Shown: piece after piece, positions 45,463 to 53,899 of the stretch
Layout of the letters: every line of letters begins with the position of its first letter
Position numbering within the stretch: position 1 is the first letter of the stretch
DNA from: Thermodesulfobacteriota bacterium
GTDB taxonomy: Bacteria; Desulfobacterota_D; UBA1144; Nemesobacterales; Nemesobacteraceae
Length of the DNA: 64,000 nucleotides
NCBI GenBank assembly: GCA_965220925.1
Contig: OZ244851.1
Coordinates: 658,854 to 722,853, forward strand
Direction of reading: 5' to 3'
The notes under the pieces: generated by a model
Database searches by the model: none
What the model saw: only the letters and a program-made list of their open reading frames with translations
What the model was told of the DNA's origin: nothing
Program-made: the position numbers and the translations under genes

Positions 45463-48378
45463 TCAGTCCTCGATATAATCTTCAAGCGAGGGACATGTGC
45501 ATACGAGGTTTTTGTCTCCGTAGGCGTTGTCTATTCTCGATACCGACGGCCAGAACTTGCCGGTTTTAAGGAAAGCGAGCGGAAAAAACGCCTCGCTCCG
45601 CGAATACGGATGATTCCAAACCGAAGAAACGAGGTCCAAAACGGTGTGAGGAGCGTTTCTAAGTAAGTTGTCCGAATTATGCGCGCGACCGGAGATTATG
45701 TCTTCGATTTCCCCGCGTATCTTTATCATCGCGTCGCAGAACCTGTCCATTTCTCCCTTGGATTCGCTTTCGGTCGGCTCCACCATGAGCGTGCCAGCGA
45801 CCGGCCACGACATCGTGGGGGCGTGAAACCCGTAATCCATTAGTCTTTTGGCCACATCTTCGACGGTTATTCCCGCCTCTTTGCAAAGCTCTCTCAGGTC
45901 AAGTATGAACTCATGGGCGACGCGACCGTTTTCTCCCTCGTATAGAATATCGTAGTGCTCTTCAAGCCTTGTCTTCAGGTAATTGGCGTTTAGTATCGCG
46001 TACTCGGAAGCTTCGCGTAACCCTTGAGTTCCAAGCAACCTTATGTATCCGTAAGATATAAGCAGTATGCTCGCGCTTCCCCAGGGAGCCGAGGATATGG
46101 TTCCGCAAGGTTTGTCTCCCCCCACGCCTTCTACAATCGCGTGTCCCGGAAGATGCTCGGCCAGATGAGAAGCGACGCATATGGGTCCCATTCCGGGACC
46201 TCCTCCTCCGTGTGGAATACTGAAAGTCTTATGCAGATTTATGTGGCATACGTCTACGCCCAGATGTGCCGGGGAACAAAGTCCAACTTGAGCGTTTAAG
46301 TTGGCTCCGTCCATGTATACCTGCGCGCCGTTTGAGTGAATTATTTCGCATATTCGCTTCACCCCGGGTTCAAAGACGCCATGTGTGGAAGGATAGGTAA
46401 TCATGATACACGCGACTTTCCCTTCGTGTCTGCGGCAGCATTCGATTAAGTCGTCGATGTCCACGTCTCCGTTTTCCCCGCATTTTACGACCACGACCCG
46501 CATTCCCGCCATTTGCGCGCTCGCGGGGTTGGTTCCGTGAGCCGAGGACGGAATCAGCACCACGTTTCTTTCTTCCTCCCTTTTTTCTCGGAAGTAGCTT
46601 CGTATCACAAGAAGACCCGCGTACTCGCCTTGAGCTCCGGAGTTTGGCTGAAGCGAACAGGAATGAAGACCCGTTATTTCGCAGAGATATCTTTGAAGTT
46701 CTTCGATTATCCTCGTGTAACCGTCCGCCTGATCCGCCGGGGCGAAAGGATGTATTTTCGAGAATCTCCTCCACCCCACCGGTATCATCTCAGTTGAGCC
46801 GTTTAACTTCATGGTGCAGGAACCCAGAGGAATCATGGAATGAGCCAGGGAAAGATCTCTGCTTTCAAGACTTTTTATATATCTGAGCATAAGAGTTTCG
46901 GAGTGATAGCGATTGAAAACCGGCTGGAGGAGAAAATCTTCTTCCCTAAGAAGTTTTTCCGGAACGCTACGCAGAGTCGAGACGCGGTCCGGGGACACGG
47001 AAACTTTCTTTTCCACTTCGAGAGCATCGGAAAAAAGCGATAGTATCTCGGCCACGTCCTTCTCGGTGACGGTCTCGTCGAGAGATACGCAGAGCCTTTG
47101 GTTTGAAAGGTACCTGAAGTTTATTTTTCTCGCCGCAGCCTCCTTTTTAAGTTTTTCGAAACGTTTTTTTCCAAAAGAGGAAATATCCACAAGCAACGTA
47201 TCGAAAAACGCTTTATTTAGCTGAGCCACTCCGAGGGACTTAAATCCAAGGTTGAGCATTTTCGCAAGCGTATTGATTCTGCTCGCGATGCGTCTTAAGC
47301 CCCGCGGTCCATGGTAAACGGCATACATCGAGGACATTATCGCAAGAAGCGACTGGGCGGTGCATATATTGGAAGTAGCTTTTTCCCTCCTTATATGCTG
47401 CTCCCTGGTTTGAAGAGCCATTCTATAGGCGGGATTTTTATCTCTGTCGAAAGAAACTCCTATTATTCTTCCGGGAATCTGCCTTTTAAACTCACTTCTT
47501 GTGGCGAAAAACGCCGCGTGGGGACCTCCATAGCCGACCGGGACGCCGAATCGCTGAGAAGTTCCGACGACGGCGTCTGCGCCGAATCTTCCCGGAGGAA
47601 CAAGAAGCGCGAGGCTCATAAGATCGGCCGCCACGGACACCATTACGCCGAGATCATGCGCTTGTTTGATAAAATCGGAATAATCTTTTATCTCTCCGAA
47701 GGCGTCCGGATATTGTAAAAGCGCGCCGAAAAAACTTTCGTCAAGCGAAACCTCCTCCTCGCTTCCCTCTATTATTTCTATTCCGAGAGGCTCAGCTCGA
47801 GTCTTTAAAATATCTACCGTATGCGGAAAGCAACCGCTGGAGACGAAGAACCTGTCGTCGCGCGCTTTTTTTCTATTCGCGCCGCTTAGTCTTCTGAACA
47901 TGGTCATCGCCTCGGCCGCGGCCGTCCCTTCGTCAAGAAGCGAGGCGTTTGAAAGTTCCATTCCCGTAAGTTCCGTAACCATGGTCTGGAAGTTCAGAAG
48001 AGCTTCGAGGCGTCCCTGGGATATTTCAGCCTGATAAGGCGTATATTGCGTGTACCAGCTGGGGTTTTCAAAAATGTTTCTGGATATGACCGACGGAACC
48101 ACGGAGTCGTAATAACCGAGACCTATATACGACCGAAATACCGAGTTTTCGCGCGCCACCTCTTTCATATGATCTAGGTAGGAACTTTCAGTCATGGCGT
48201 AGGGGATCTCCATCGAGCCCTTGAAAATCAGGTCTTCGGGAATGGTTTCTTTCACAAGTTCCGCAAAATCCCGTACCCCGGCTTGAGAAAGCATAAGGCG
48301 TGTTTCCTCGGGCGAGGGGCCTATATGCCTTGCGCAGAAAAAATCCTCTTTTTCGTAAATATCGTTTTCGCTTCTCAA
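45463..48378 (-). CDS. gcvP: glycine dehydrogenase (decarboxylating), single-chain P protein
   Basis: 971 aa carrying both the alpha and beta halves, with the PLP-lysine region in the C-terminal half. The typical N-terminus ...FFCARHIGPSPEE is present. Confidence 0.95.
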   Translation of the reverse strand: MRSENDIYEKEDFFCARHIGPSPEETRLMLSQAGVRDFAELVKETIPEDLIFKGSMEIPYAMTESSYLDHMKEVARENSVFRSYIGLGYYDSVVPSVISRNIFENPSWYTQYTPYQAEISQGRLEALLNFQTMVTELTGMELSNASLLDEGTAAAEAMTMFRRLSGANRKKARDDRFFVSSGCFPHTVDILKTRAEPLGIEIIEGSEEEVSLDESFFGALLQYPDAFGEIKDYSDFIKQAHDLGVMVSVAADLMSLALLVPPGRFGADAVVGTSQRFGVPVGYGGPHAAFFATRSEFKRQIPGRIIGVSFDRDKNPAYRMALQTREQHIRREKATSNICTAQSLLAIMSSMYAVYHGPRGLRRIASRINTLAKMLNLGFKSLGVAQLNKAFFDTLLVDISSFGKKRFEKLKKEAAARKINFRYLSNQRLCVSLDETVTEKDVAEILSLFSDALEVEKKVSVSPDRVSTLRSVPEKLLREEDFLLQPVFNRYHSETLMLRYIKSLESRDLSLAHSMIPLGSCTMKLNGSTEMIPVGWRRFSKIHPFAPADQADGYTRIIEELQRYLCEITGLHSCSLQPNSGAQGEYAGLLVIRSYFREKREEERNVVLIPSSAHGTNPASAQMAGMRVVVVKCGENGDVDIDDLIECCRRHEGKVACIMITYPSTHGVFEPGVKRICEIIHSNGAQVYMDGANLNAQVGLCSPAHLGVDVCHINLHKTFSIPHGGGGPGMGPICVASHLAEHLPGHAIVEGVGGDKPCGTISSAPWGSASILLISYGYIRLLGTQGLREASEYAILNANYLKTRLEEHYDILYEGENGRVAHEFILDLRELCKEAGITVEDVAKRLMDYGFHAPTMSWPVAGTLMVEPTESESKGEMDRFCDAMIKIRGEIEDIISGRAHNSDNLLRNAPHTVLDLVSSVWNHPYSRSEAFFPLAFLKTGKFWPSVSRIDNAYGDKNLVCTCPSLEDYIED

Positions 48379-48454
48379 CGGAAAATCTCCGGAAGTTCAG
48401 GTCCCCGCGGTTCGCTTCGGATAAACCGAGATCCGCGGCGGTCGTCGAAGGATA

Positions 48455-48853
48455 TCAGGCGTTTTCTTCGCTTTCAATCAAATCTTCGTAATCGGACGGG
48501 TCTAAAAGTTCTTCGATCTCCGCTTCGTCAAGTTCGTCGATATGGACTTTTATAATCCATCCGTCGCCGTAAGGGTCGGAGTTTACAAGCTCAGGAGAGT
48601 CGATTAGAAGATCGTTTACTTCGGCTATCTCGCCCGATACGGGGGCGAAAAGTTCGGAAACGGCTTTTGTTGATTCCGCGGCGCCGAAAGAATCTCCTTG
48701 TACAAGTTTCTCCCCATCAATCGGAAGTTCGACGTAGACTATCTCTCCAAGGGCTCCCTGCGCGTAATCGGTTACTCCGATTATAGCCTTATCTTCGTGA
48801 AACCGCACCCACTCGTGCTGCTCCGTGTATTTTAAGTCTTTCGGTACGCTCAT
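48455..48853 (-). CDS. gcvH: glycine cleavage system H protein
   Basis: 132 aa. The lipoyl-lysine motif is AESTKAVSELFAPVSGEI. Confidence 0.9.
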   Translation of the reverse strand: MSVPKDLKYTEQHEWVRFHEDKAIIGVTDYAQGALGEIVYVELPIDGEKLVQGDSFGAAESTKAVSELFAPVSGEIAEVNDLLIDSPELVNSDPYGDGWIIKVHIDELDEAEIEELLDPSDYEDLIESEENA

Positions 48854-48885
48854 AGATTTAAATACTCCTTATTTTGGCAGAATAT

Positions 48886-49971
48886 TCAGTTTTTATGAAG
48901 CGGAAAATCGCAACAGACCGCTTTTCTCGTGTGTCCTCGAATCTCTATACCTATTTCATCTCCACGCTCGACTTCGCTTGAGGATAAAGAGGCGATACCC
49001 ACTCCCTTTTCTAAAACGGGAGACATGGTGCCGCTTGTGACCTCTCCTATTTTCTTTCCGTTTTTTATCACTCTGTAGCCTCGCCTTGGAATACCTTTTT
49101 CAATCATTTTGAAACCGGCGGTTTTTACCTCAAAACTGTTTTTCATTCTCTTCGAAAGCGCGGCTTTACCGATAAAATCATGTTTATCCATCTTCACATA
49201 TCTTCCAAGACCGGCTTCAAAGGGAGTCGTTTTTTCATTAAGTTCGTTTCCGTAAAGAGGATACCCGGCTTCAATTCGAAGTGTGTCGCGCGCCCCCAGC
49301 CCGCAGAGTTTCATGCCGAAAATTTCTCCGCTTTCAAAAAGCTTATTCCAAAGATCCGAAGCGTCGCGGGAGGGAACGAAAAACTCAAAACCGTCTTCCC
49401 CAGTGTATCCTGTTCTGGCAGCTATCGTTCCGGAAGCCTCGCCTTTTAGTATTCTGAAAGAAAATCTGGGAAAATCCCGCATGTTCTCTTCTCCAAGAGC
49501 TTTTTCCGTCACCGGCAGCGAATTCGGACCCTGTATCGCTATCTGCGAATAGGCGGAACTTGAATCGACTACCTCCACGTCAAACCCTTCGCAATTACGG
49601 CCGACCCATTCACAGACTTTCTCCCTGTTGGATGCGTTTACGCAAATAAGAAAATGCTCGGCGGAAAATTTATACGTTATCAGATCGTCAACCACTCCGC
49701 CGTCCGGATAGCAAAAAAAACCGTAACGAGCCCTCCCGTCCGCAAGATCCGCAACATCGTTGGTATTTAGTCTCTGGCATAGAATTTCGGCTTGAGGTCC
49801 GGCGATTTCTATTTCTCCCATGTGACTTACGTCGAAAATACCGCAGGCTTGGCGCACCGCCATATGCTCTTCTCTTATACCGTCGAACTGAAGAGGAAGT
49901 CGCCACCCGGTAAAATCAATCATTCGCGTCGCGAAACTCTTGTACGTTTCGTATAAAGGGGTGTAATTCAT
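48886..49971 (-). CDS. gcvT: glycine cleavage system T protein (aminomethyltransferase)
   Basis: 361 aa. MNYTPLYETYKSFATRMIDFTGWRLPLQF...GIFDVSHMGEIEI is the canonical GcvT N-terminus. Confidence 0.9.
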   Translation of the reverse strand: MNYTPLYETYKSFATRMIDFTGWRLPLQFDGIREEHMAVRQACGIFDVSHMGEIEIAGPQAEILCQRLNTNDVADLADGRARYGFFCYPDGGVVDDLITYKFSAEHFLICVNASNREKVCEWVGRNCEGFDVEVVDSSSAYSQIAIQGPNSLPVTEKALGEENMRDFPRFSFRILKGEASGTIAARTGYTGEDGFEFFVPSRDASDLWNKLFESGEIFGMKLCGLGARDTLRIEAGYPLYGNELNEKTTPFEAGLGRYVKMDKHDFIGKAALSKRMKNSFEVKTAGFKMIEKGIPRRGYRVIKNGKKIGEVTSGTMSPVLEKGVGIASLSSSEVERGDEIGIEIRGHTRKAVCCDFPLHKN

Positions 49972-50330
49972 AACTCCAAATGATTAAACATTCAAAAAAA
50001 CGGACTGTCAAAAGAACGGTTTGAAAGCATCGATGCGAAAGTTATACCGCTTGGCGGAAAGCGCGATTTGCGCAAAGCGGCAATAAGACCGATTACGCAA
50101 ACGTCGGTCCGGGCGAGGTCGACCGCCAAATAATCTTTTATGATCGAACCTATAAAAGAACTCCTTGTTTATCAGCCCGTTCGGCGTGGATACCGACATT
50201 TTCTTTTCACTCCCATCTTATTTTAATGAGTTCTCCAAACTTCACGGCTGTTCCTAACCGATTCCTAGCGTAACTTACTGAAATAATTTTACGTCTATAA
50301 GCTTTTTTATTATAATGAAAGCGTTAACTC

Positions 50331-52043
50331 GTGGATTCGTCTTCGGTTTTTTCGCCTTGCGCAATCCTGGAGTTTGAATCAAAAATGAAAAACCCATTCG
50401 GTTTCCTTTTACCCGCGGGCGCGCAGCCTCTATTTTCATTTTCCGATACGGAAGGTTCTTTCGGGCTCATAATTGATAATCTAGTTCAGTACCTTCTGAT
50501 ATTAATTTTACTGACCGAGATGATAGGACTGGAGAGAAAATTTGTTATTTCCTCCGTTCTGCCCGCGGTGACCGTATCGCTCATTATCGGCAATCTTTAC
50601 TACGCTTGGCTCGCGCAGCGTCTTTCGGCCCGCGAAGGCGGGAAAAGCGCGACGGCGCTTCCATACGGTATCAACACGATTTCCGTGTTCGCCTTTATTT
50701 TCTTCGTAATGATGCCGGCCAAACTGTTGGCCCAAAACGGCGGAGCTTCTCCAAAAGAAGCGGCAATTATCGCCTGGCGAGTCGGCATAGCCGCGTGTTT
50801 TCTTTCGGGAATAATCGAATTCGCGGGAGCGTTTGTGGCGGAGAGGATAAGAAAAATTACTCCGCGCGCCGCGCTGCTCACCTCTCTTGCCGGGATAGCC
50901 ATAGCGTTTATATGCATGGATTTCGCCGCCAGGTGTTTCGCGTATCCGCTTGTGGCCTTGCTTCCTTTCGGAGTGCTGTTGTTTTCACTGCTTTCGAAAA
51001 TGAGACTTCCGTTTGGAATTCCCGGTGTCGGTTTCGCTTTTATTATCGGAATCCTCTCCGCGTGGCTGGTTCAAGCGGCCGGATATGGAGCGGAGACATC
51101 GGTTTCGGCGAGCGCGGTCGGTCAAGCTTTGGAAGATGTGGGCTTTTATCCTCCCGTTCCGGTAATCGGAGATCTTATACTCGGGCTCTCAGACCCTCTT
51201 ATGCGCTCGGTTCTTATTCCGGTAGTGTTTCCCATGGGACTATACAATATCCTCGCCTCTCTTCAGAATATAGAGTCGGCGGAAGCCGCGGGGGATTCTT
51301 ATCCCACAAGGCCGTCTCTGGCCGTAAACGGCGCCGGCTCCATAGCCGCGTCCCTTTTTGGCTCCTGCTTTCCCACCACCATATACATAGGACATCCGGG
51401 ATGGAAAGAGATGGGCGCCAAGGCCGGTTATTCCATAATAAACGGAGTGTTTTGGACGTTCGTATCCTTTCTGGGTCTGGCCTCGGTCTCCACGGCGCTA
51501 ATTCCTGTGGAAACCGCCGGAGTTATACTGATATGGATAGGGTTGATAATGATATCTCAGGCGTTTCAATCCACTCCCCGATCCCACGCTCCCGCAGTGG
51601 CCGTGGGACTGATTCCGTCGATTGCCGCATGGGGAACCGTGGCGATTTCTCAGACCGTCGCGGCGGTGCAAATCGCGACGGCGGATATTTCAATAGGGAA
51701 TCGCGCGTTTGAGGACTTAAGCGTGTTTGTCGTCTCCGGACTGCAGCTGCCGGGACTTGTGGCCCTCTCGCAGGGATTTATGCTTTCTTCCATAGTCTGG
51801 GCGGCCGCCGCGGTGTACCTTGTGGAACGCCGCCCCGGAGTAGCCGCCGCGTGGATGGGAGCGGGAGCCGTAATGGCGTTTTTCGGCATCATTCACGCGG
51901 GAGGAATTTCCGTTGAAGGAAACCTGCCTTCTCTCGGCTGGGCCAGTGGATGGAAATGGGCGGCGGGTTACGCGCTTACGACCCTGTTTTTCCTAATTGC
52001 GGTTTACGCGAATCGCGAGAGAGACTCCGAATCCGCCAGCTAG
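50331..52043 (+). CDS. NCS2-family permease, AzgA-like (putative purine / nucleobase transporter)
   Basis: Two segments match AzgA/PbuG-type permeases: LSGIIEFAGAFVAERIRKITPRAALLTSLAGIAIAFI and AGSIAASLFGSCFPTTIYIGHPGW. The start is uncertain; an internal Met such as MKNPFG at 50385 is likely. Confidence 0.65.
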   Translation: MDSSSVFSPCAILEFESKMKNPFGFLLPAGAQPLFSFSDTEGSFGLIIDNLVQYLLILILLTEMIGLERKFVISSVLPAVTVSLIIGNLYYAWLAQRLSAREGGKSATALPYGINTISVFAFIFFVMMPAKLLAQNGGASPKEAAIIAWRVGIAACFLSGIIEFAGAFVAERIRKITPRAALLTSLAGIAIAFICMDFAARCFAYPLVALLPFGVLLFSLLSKMRLPFGIPGVGFAFIIGILSAWLVQAAGYGAETSVSASAVGQALEDVGFYPPVPVIGDLILGLSDPLMRSVLIPVVFPMGLYNILASLQNIESAEAAGDSYPTRPSLAVNGAGSIAASLFGSCFPTTIYIGHPGWKEMGAKAGYSIINGVFWTFVSFLGLASVSTALIPVETAGVILIWIGLIMISQAFQSTPRSHAPAVAVGLIPSIAAWGTVAISQTVAAVQIATADISIGNRAFEDLSVFVVSGLQLPGLVALSQGFMLSSIVWAAAAVYLVERRPGVAAAWMGAGAVMAFFGIIHAGGISVEGNLPSLGWASGWKWAAGYALTTLFFLIAVYANRERDSESAS

Positions 52044-52048
52044 TCCGA

Positions 52049-52717
52049 ATGAAAGCTTCCCGGAAAATATCAACTTTTTATTCGGTTCTCCACAAGACAT
52101 ACGGACCGCAGAGCTGGTGGCCCGCGAAAACCAGACTTGAATGCGCTGCGGGAGCTATCCTTACGCAAAACACCTCGTGGAAAAATGTGGAAAAAGCCAT
52201 AGCGAGTCTGCGGGGAAACTCCCTGCTTTCCGCGGAAAAACTCAAATCCGTATCCCGACCCCGTCTAGCGACGCTTATCAGATCCTGCGGATACCACAAT
52301 TTAAAAGCCGAAAGACTAAAAAATTTCATCGACTTTCTCTTTGCCGAGTATGAAGGAAAAATGGAAAACATGCTTGGGGAAGACACAAAAGATCTCAGAG
52401 AAAAATTGCTCGGAGTAAACGGAATCGGGGAGGAAACGGCCGATTCCATATTGCTCTACGCGCTTGAAAAACCCGTTTTCGTGGTCGATAACTACACGCG
52501 AAGAATCACTCGGCGCCACGGCTTAATTCCAAAACGCGCTAGTTATGAACAAATACAGCGCCTATTTACGGAAAGTCTTGCCGGTAAGGAGAACACTTTT
52601 GGAGAATATCACGCTCTTATAGTAAAAACCGGCAAACTCCACTGCGCCGCGGTGGCCAAGTGCGAAGGCTGTCCTCTTGAGTTCGATCCGCACAACCCTT
52701 CGGCGGAGCTGCCTTAA
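52049..52717 (+). CDS. HhH-GPD superfamily base-excision glycosylase (endonuclease III-like)
   Basis: HhH-GPD motif LLGVNGIGEETADSILLYAL...VVDNYTRRI. The start is set at the internal Met (MKASRK) to avoid overlap with the permease. Confidence 0.7.
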   Translation: MKASRKISTFYSVLHKTYGPQSWWPAKTRLECAAGAILTQNTSWKNVEKAIASLRGNSLLSAEKLKSVSRPRLATLIRSCGYHNLKAERLKNFIDFLFAEYEGKMENMLGEDTKDLREKLLGVNGIGEETADSILLYALEKPVFVVDNYTRRITRRHGLIPKRASYEQIQRLFTESLAGKENTFGEYHALIVKTGKLHCAAVAKCEGCPLEFDPHNPSAELP

Positions 52718-52754
52718 AAAAATAAAAAACCGGGGATAGCGAACCTTACGAGCT

Positions 52755-53108
52755 TCACTTTTTCTCCGCAGTGGCAAACTCCACCACGGCTTTGAAGCTC
52801 TCGGGGTCTTTTATAGCCAGTTCGGAGAGACTTTTTCGGTCGATTTCAACGTTTGATTTTTTGAGCGCGTCGATAAATCTGCTGTAAGAAAGTCCAAACG
52901 GTCTTACGGCGGCGTTTATCCTGACGATCCAAAGAGATCTGAAATCTCTTTTTCTGCGTCTTCTGTCCCTGTAGGCGTAGGCAAGCGCTCTCAGTATGGT
53001 CTCTTTAGCCCTTCTGAAATTGTTCTTTCTTCTTCCCCAGTACCCTTTGGCAAGTTTAAGAACTCTTTTTTTTCGTCTTCTTGAAGTAACTCCTCTTTTT
53101 ATACGCAT
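52755..53108 (-). CDS. rplT: 50S ribosomal protein L20
   Basis: [36 protein letters not shown] is a textbook L20 N-terminus. Confidence 0.95.
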   Translation of the reverse strand: MRIKRGVTSRRRKKRVLKLAKGYWGRRKNNFRRAKETILRALAYAYRDRRRRKRDFRSLWIVRINAAVRPFGLSYSRFIDALKKSNVEIDRKSLSELAIKDPESFKAVVEFATAEKK

Positions 53109-53143
53109 CAGTTTTCTCCGTTTCCGCGAGGCGGTGTATCAAT

Positions 53144-53347
53144 TCAAAGGTAGGGAACGTAAGTTTTTATTCTTTTGGCGGCGGCGCCTTCCATAAAATC
53201 GGGCTCCAGAAGCCTACGCATTCTCTTTGAACTTTTCTTTACGTTTATATGGCTTTTTCCGCCCTTGTTTCTTCTTATTTTTCCGCTTCCCGTAGCGGAA
53301 AATCTTTTCGCCGCGCTGCGGTTTGTTTTCATTTTTATTTTAGGCAT
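53144..53347 (-). CDS. rpmI: 50S ribosomal protein L35
   Basis: MPKIKMKTNRSAAKRF...: a 67-aa basic protein between infC and rplT. Confidence 0.9.
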   Translation of the reverse strand: MPKIKMKTNRSAAKRFSATGSGKIRRNKGGKSHINVKKSSKRMRRLLEPDFMEGAAAKRIKTYVPYL

Positions 53348-53359
53348 ATAGTAAAAACC

Positions 53360-53899
53360 TCACTGTTTTTTTACCGGAACAAGAACCATTATCAGATTCT
53401 TGCCTTCTATTTTAGGCTCCATATCCACCGACGCTATATCGGAGAGCTGCTCGCAAACTTTTTTGGCAAGGTTATGTCCGAGATCCGAGTGAACTATTTC
53501 CCTGCCTCTGAAAAACATTCTTACCCGAGTTTTATGACCCTCCTCGAGAAATCCCCTCATACGGTTCACCTTTACCTGCAGATCGTGCTCCCCTATGTTG
53601 GGCCGAAACTTTATTTCCTTTACTGTTTGATCTTTCTGTTTCTTAGTGCTCCGCTGCTTTTTCAGCTCATATTTGAACTTACCGTAATCCATAAGCCTGC
53701 AAACGGGCGGGGCGGCGTTTGACGAGACTTCGACAAGATCCACTTCCTTCTCCTCGGAGATACGCAAAGCTTCGGATATGGGAACTATTCCGAGCTGCTC
53801 GCCTCCGATATCTATAAGCCTGACCTCCTTTGCGGTAATTCTTCTATTAACGCGCGTCTCCGCAACCCGGGCTCTAGGATTGCTTTTTCTCCTAGCTAT
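53360..53899 (-). CDS. infC: translation initiation factor IF-3, extended to an AUA start codon
   Basis: The listed ORF starts at an internal TTG (53767) and lacks the IF3 N-domain. Upstream in frame I read ...INRRITAKEVRLIDIGGEQLGIVPISEALRISEEKEVDLVEVS. The frame is closed by a TAG two codons above an ATA at 53899-53897, which is preceded by GGAGG plus 9 nt. The ATA overlaps the last 3 sense codons of thrS. Confidence 0.8.
   Translation of the reverse strand: MARRKSNPRARVAETRVNRRITAKEVRLIDIGGEQLGIVPISEALRISEEKEVDLVEVSSNAAPPVCRLMDYGKFKYELKKQRSTKKQKDQTVKEIKFRPNIGEHDLQVKVNRMRGFLEEGHKTRVRMFFRGREIVHSDLGHNLAKKVCEQLSDIASVDMEPKIEGKNLIMVLVPVKKQ

Noticed and set aside
49972-50330. Canonical glycine riboswitch call upstream of gcvT
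   Set aside because: Only one of the conserved elements (a CCGAA-containing segment) is loosely present, and the GGAGAG/CUCUC P1 signature is not found. I therefore report the leader only as a structured region of interest, not as an annotated riboswitch.
50606-51712. 368-aa ORF on the plus strand in an alternative frame of the AzgA-like permease region
   Set aside because: It is extremely Arg/Ser/Gly-rich, as expected of an off-frame reading of GC-rich membrane-protein coding sequence. The in-frame permease shows clear family similarity, so this ORF is rejected.
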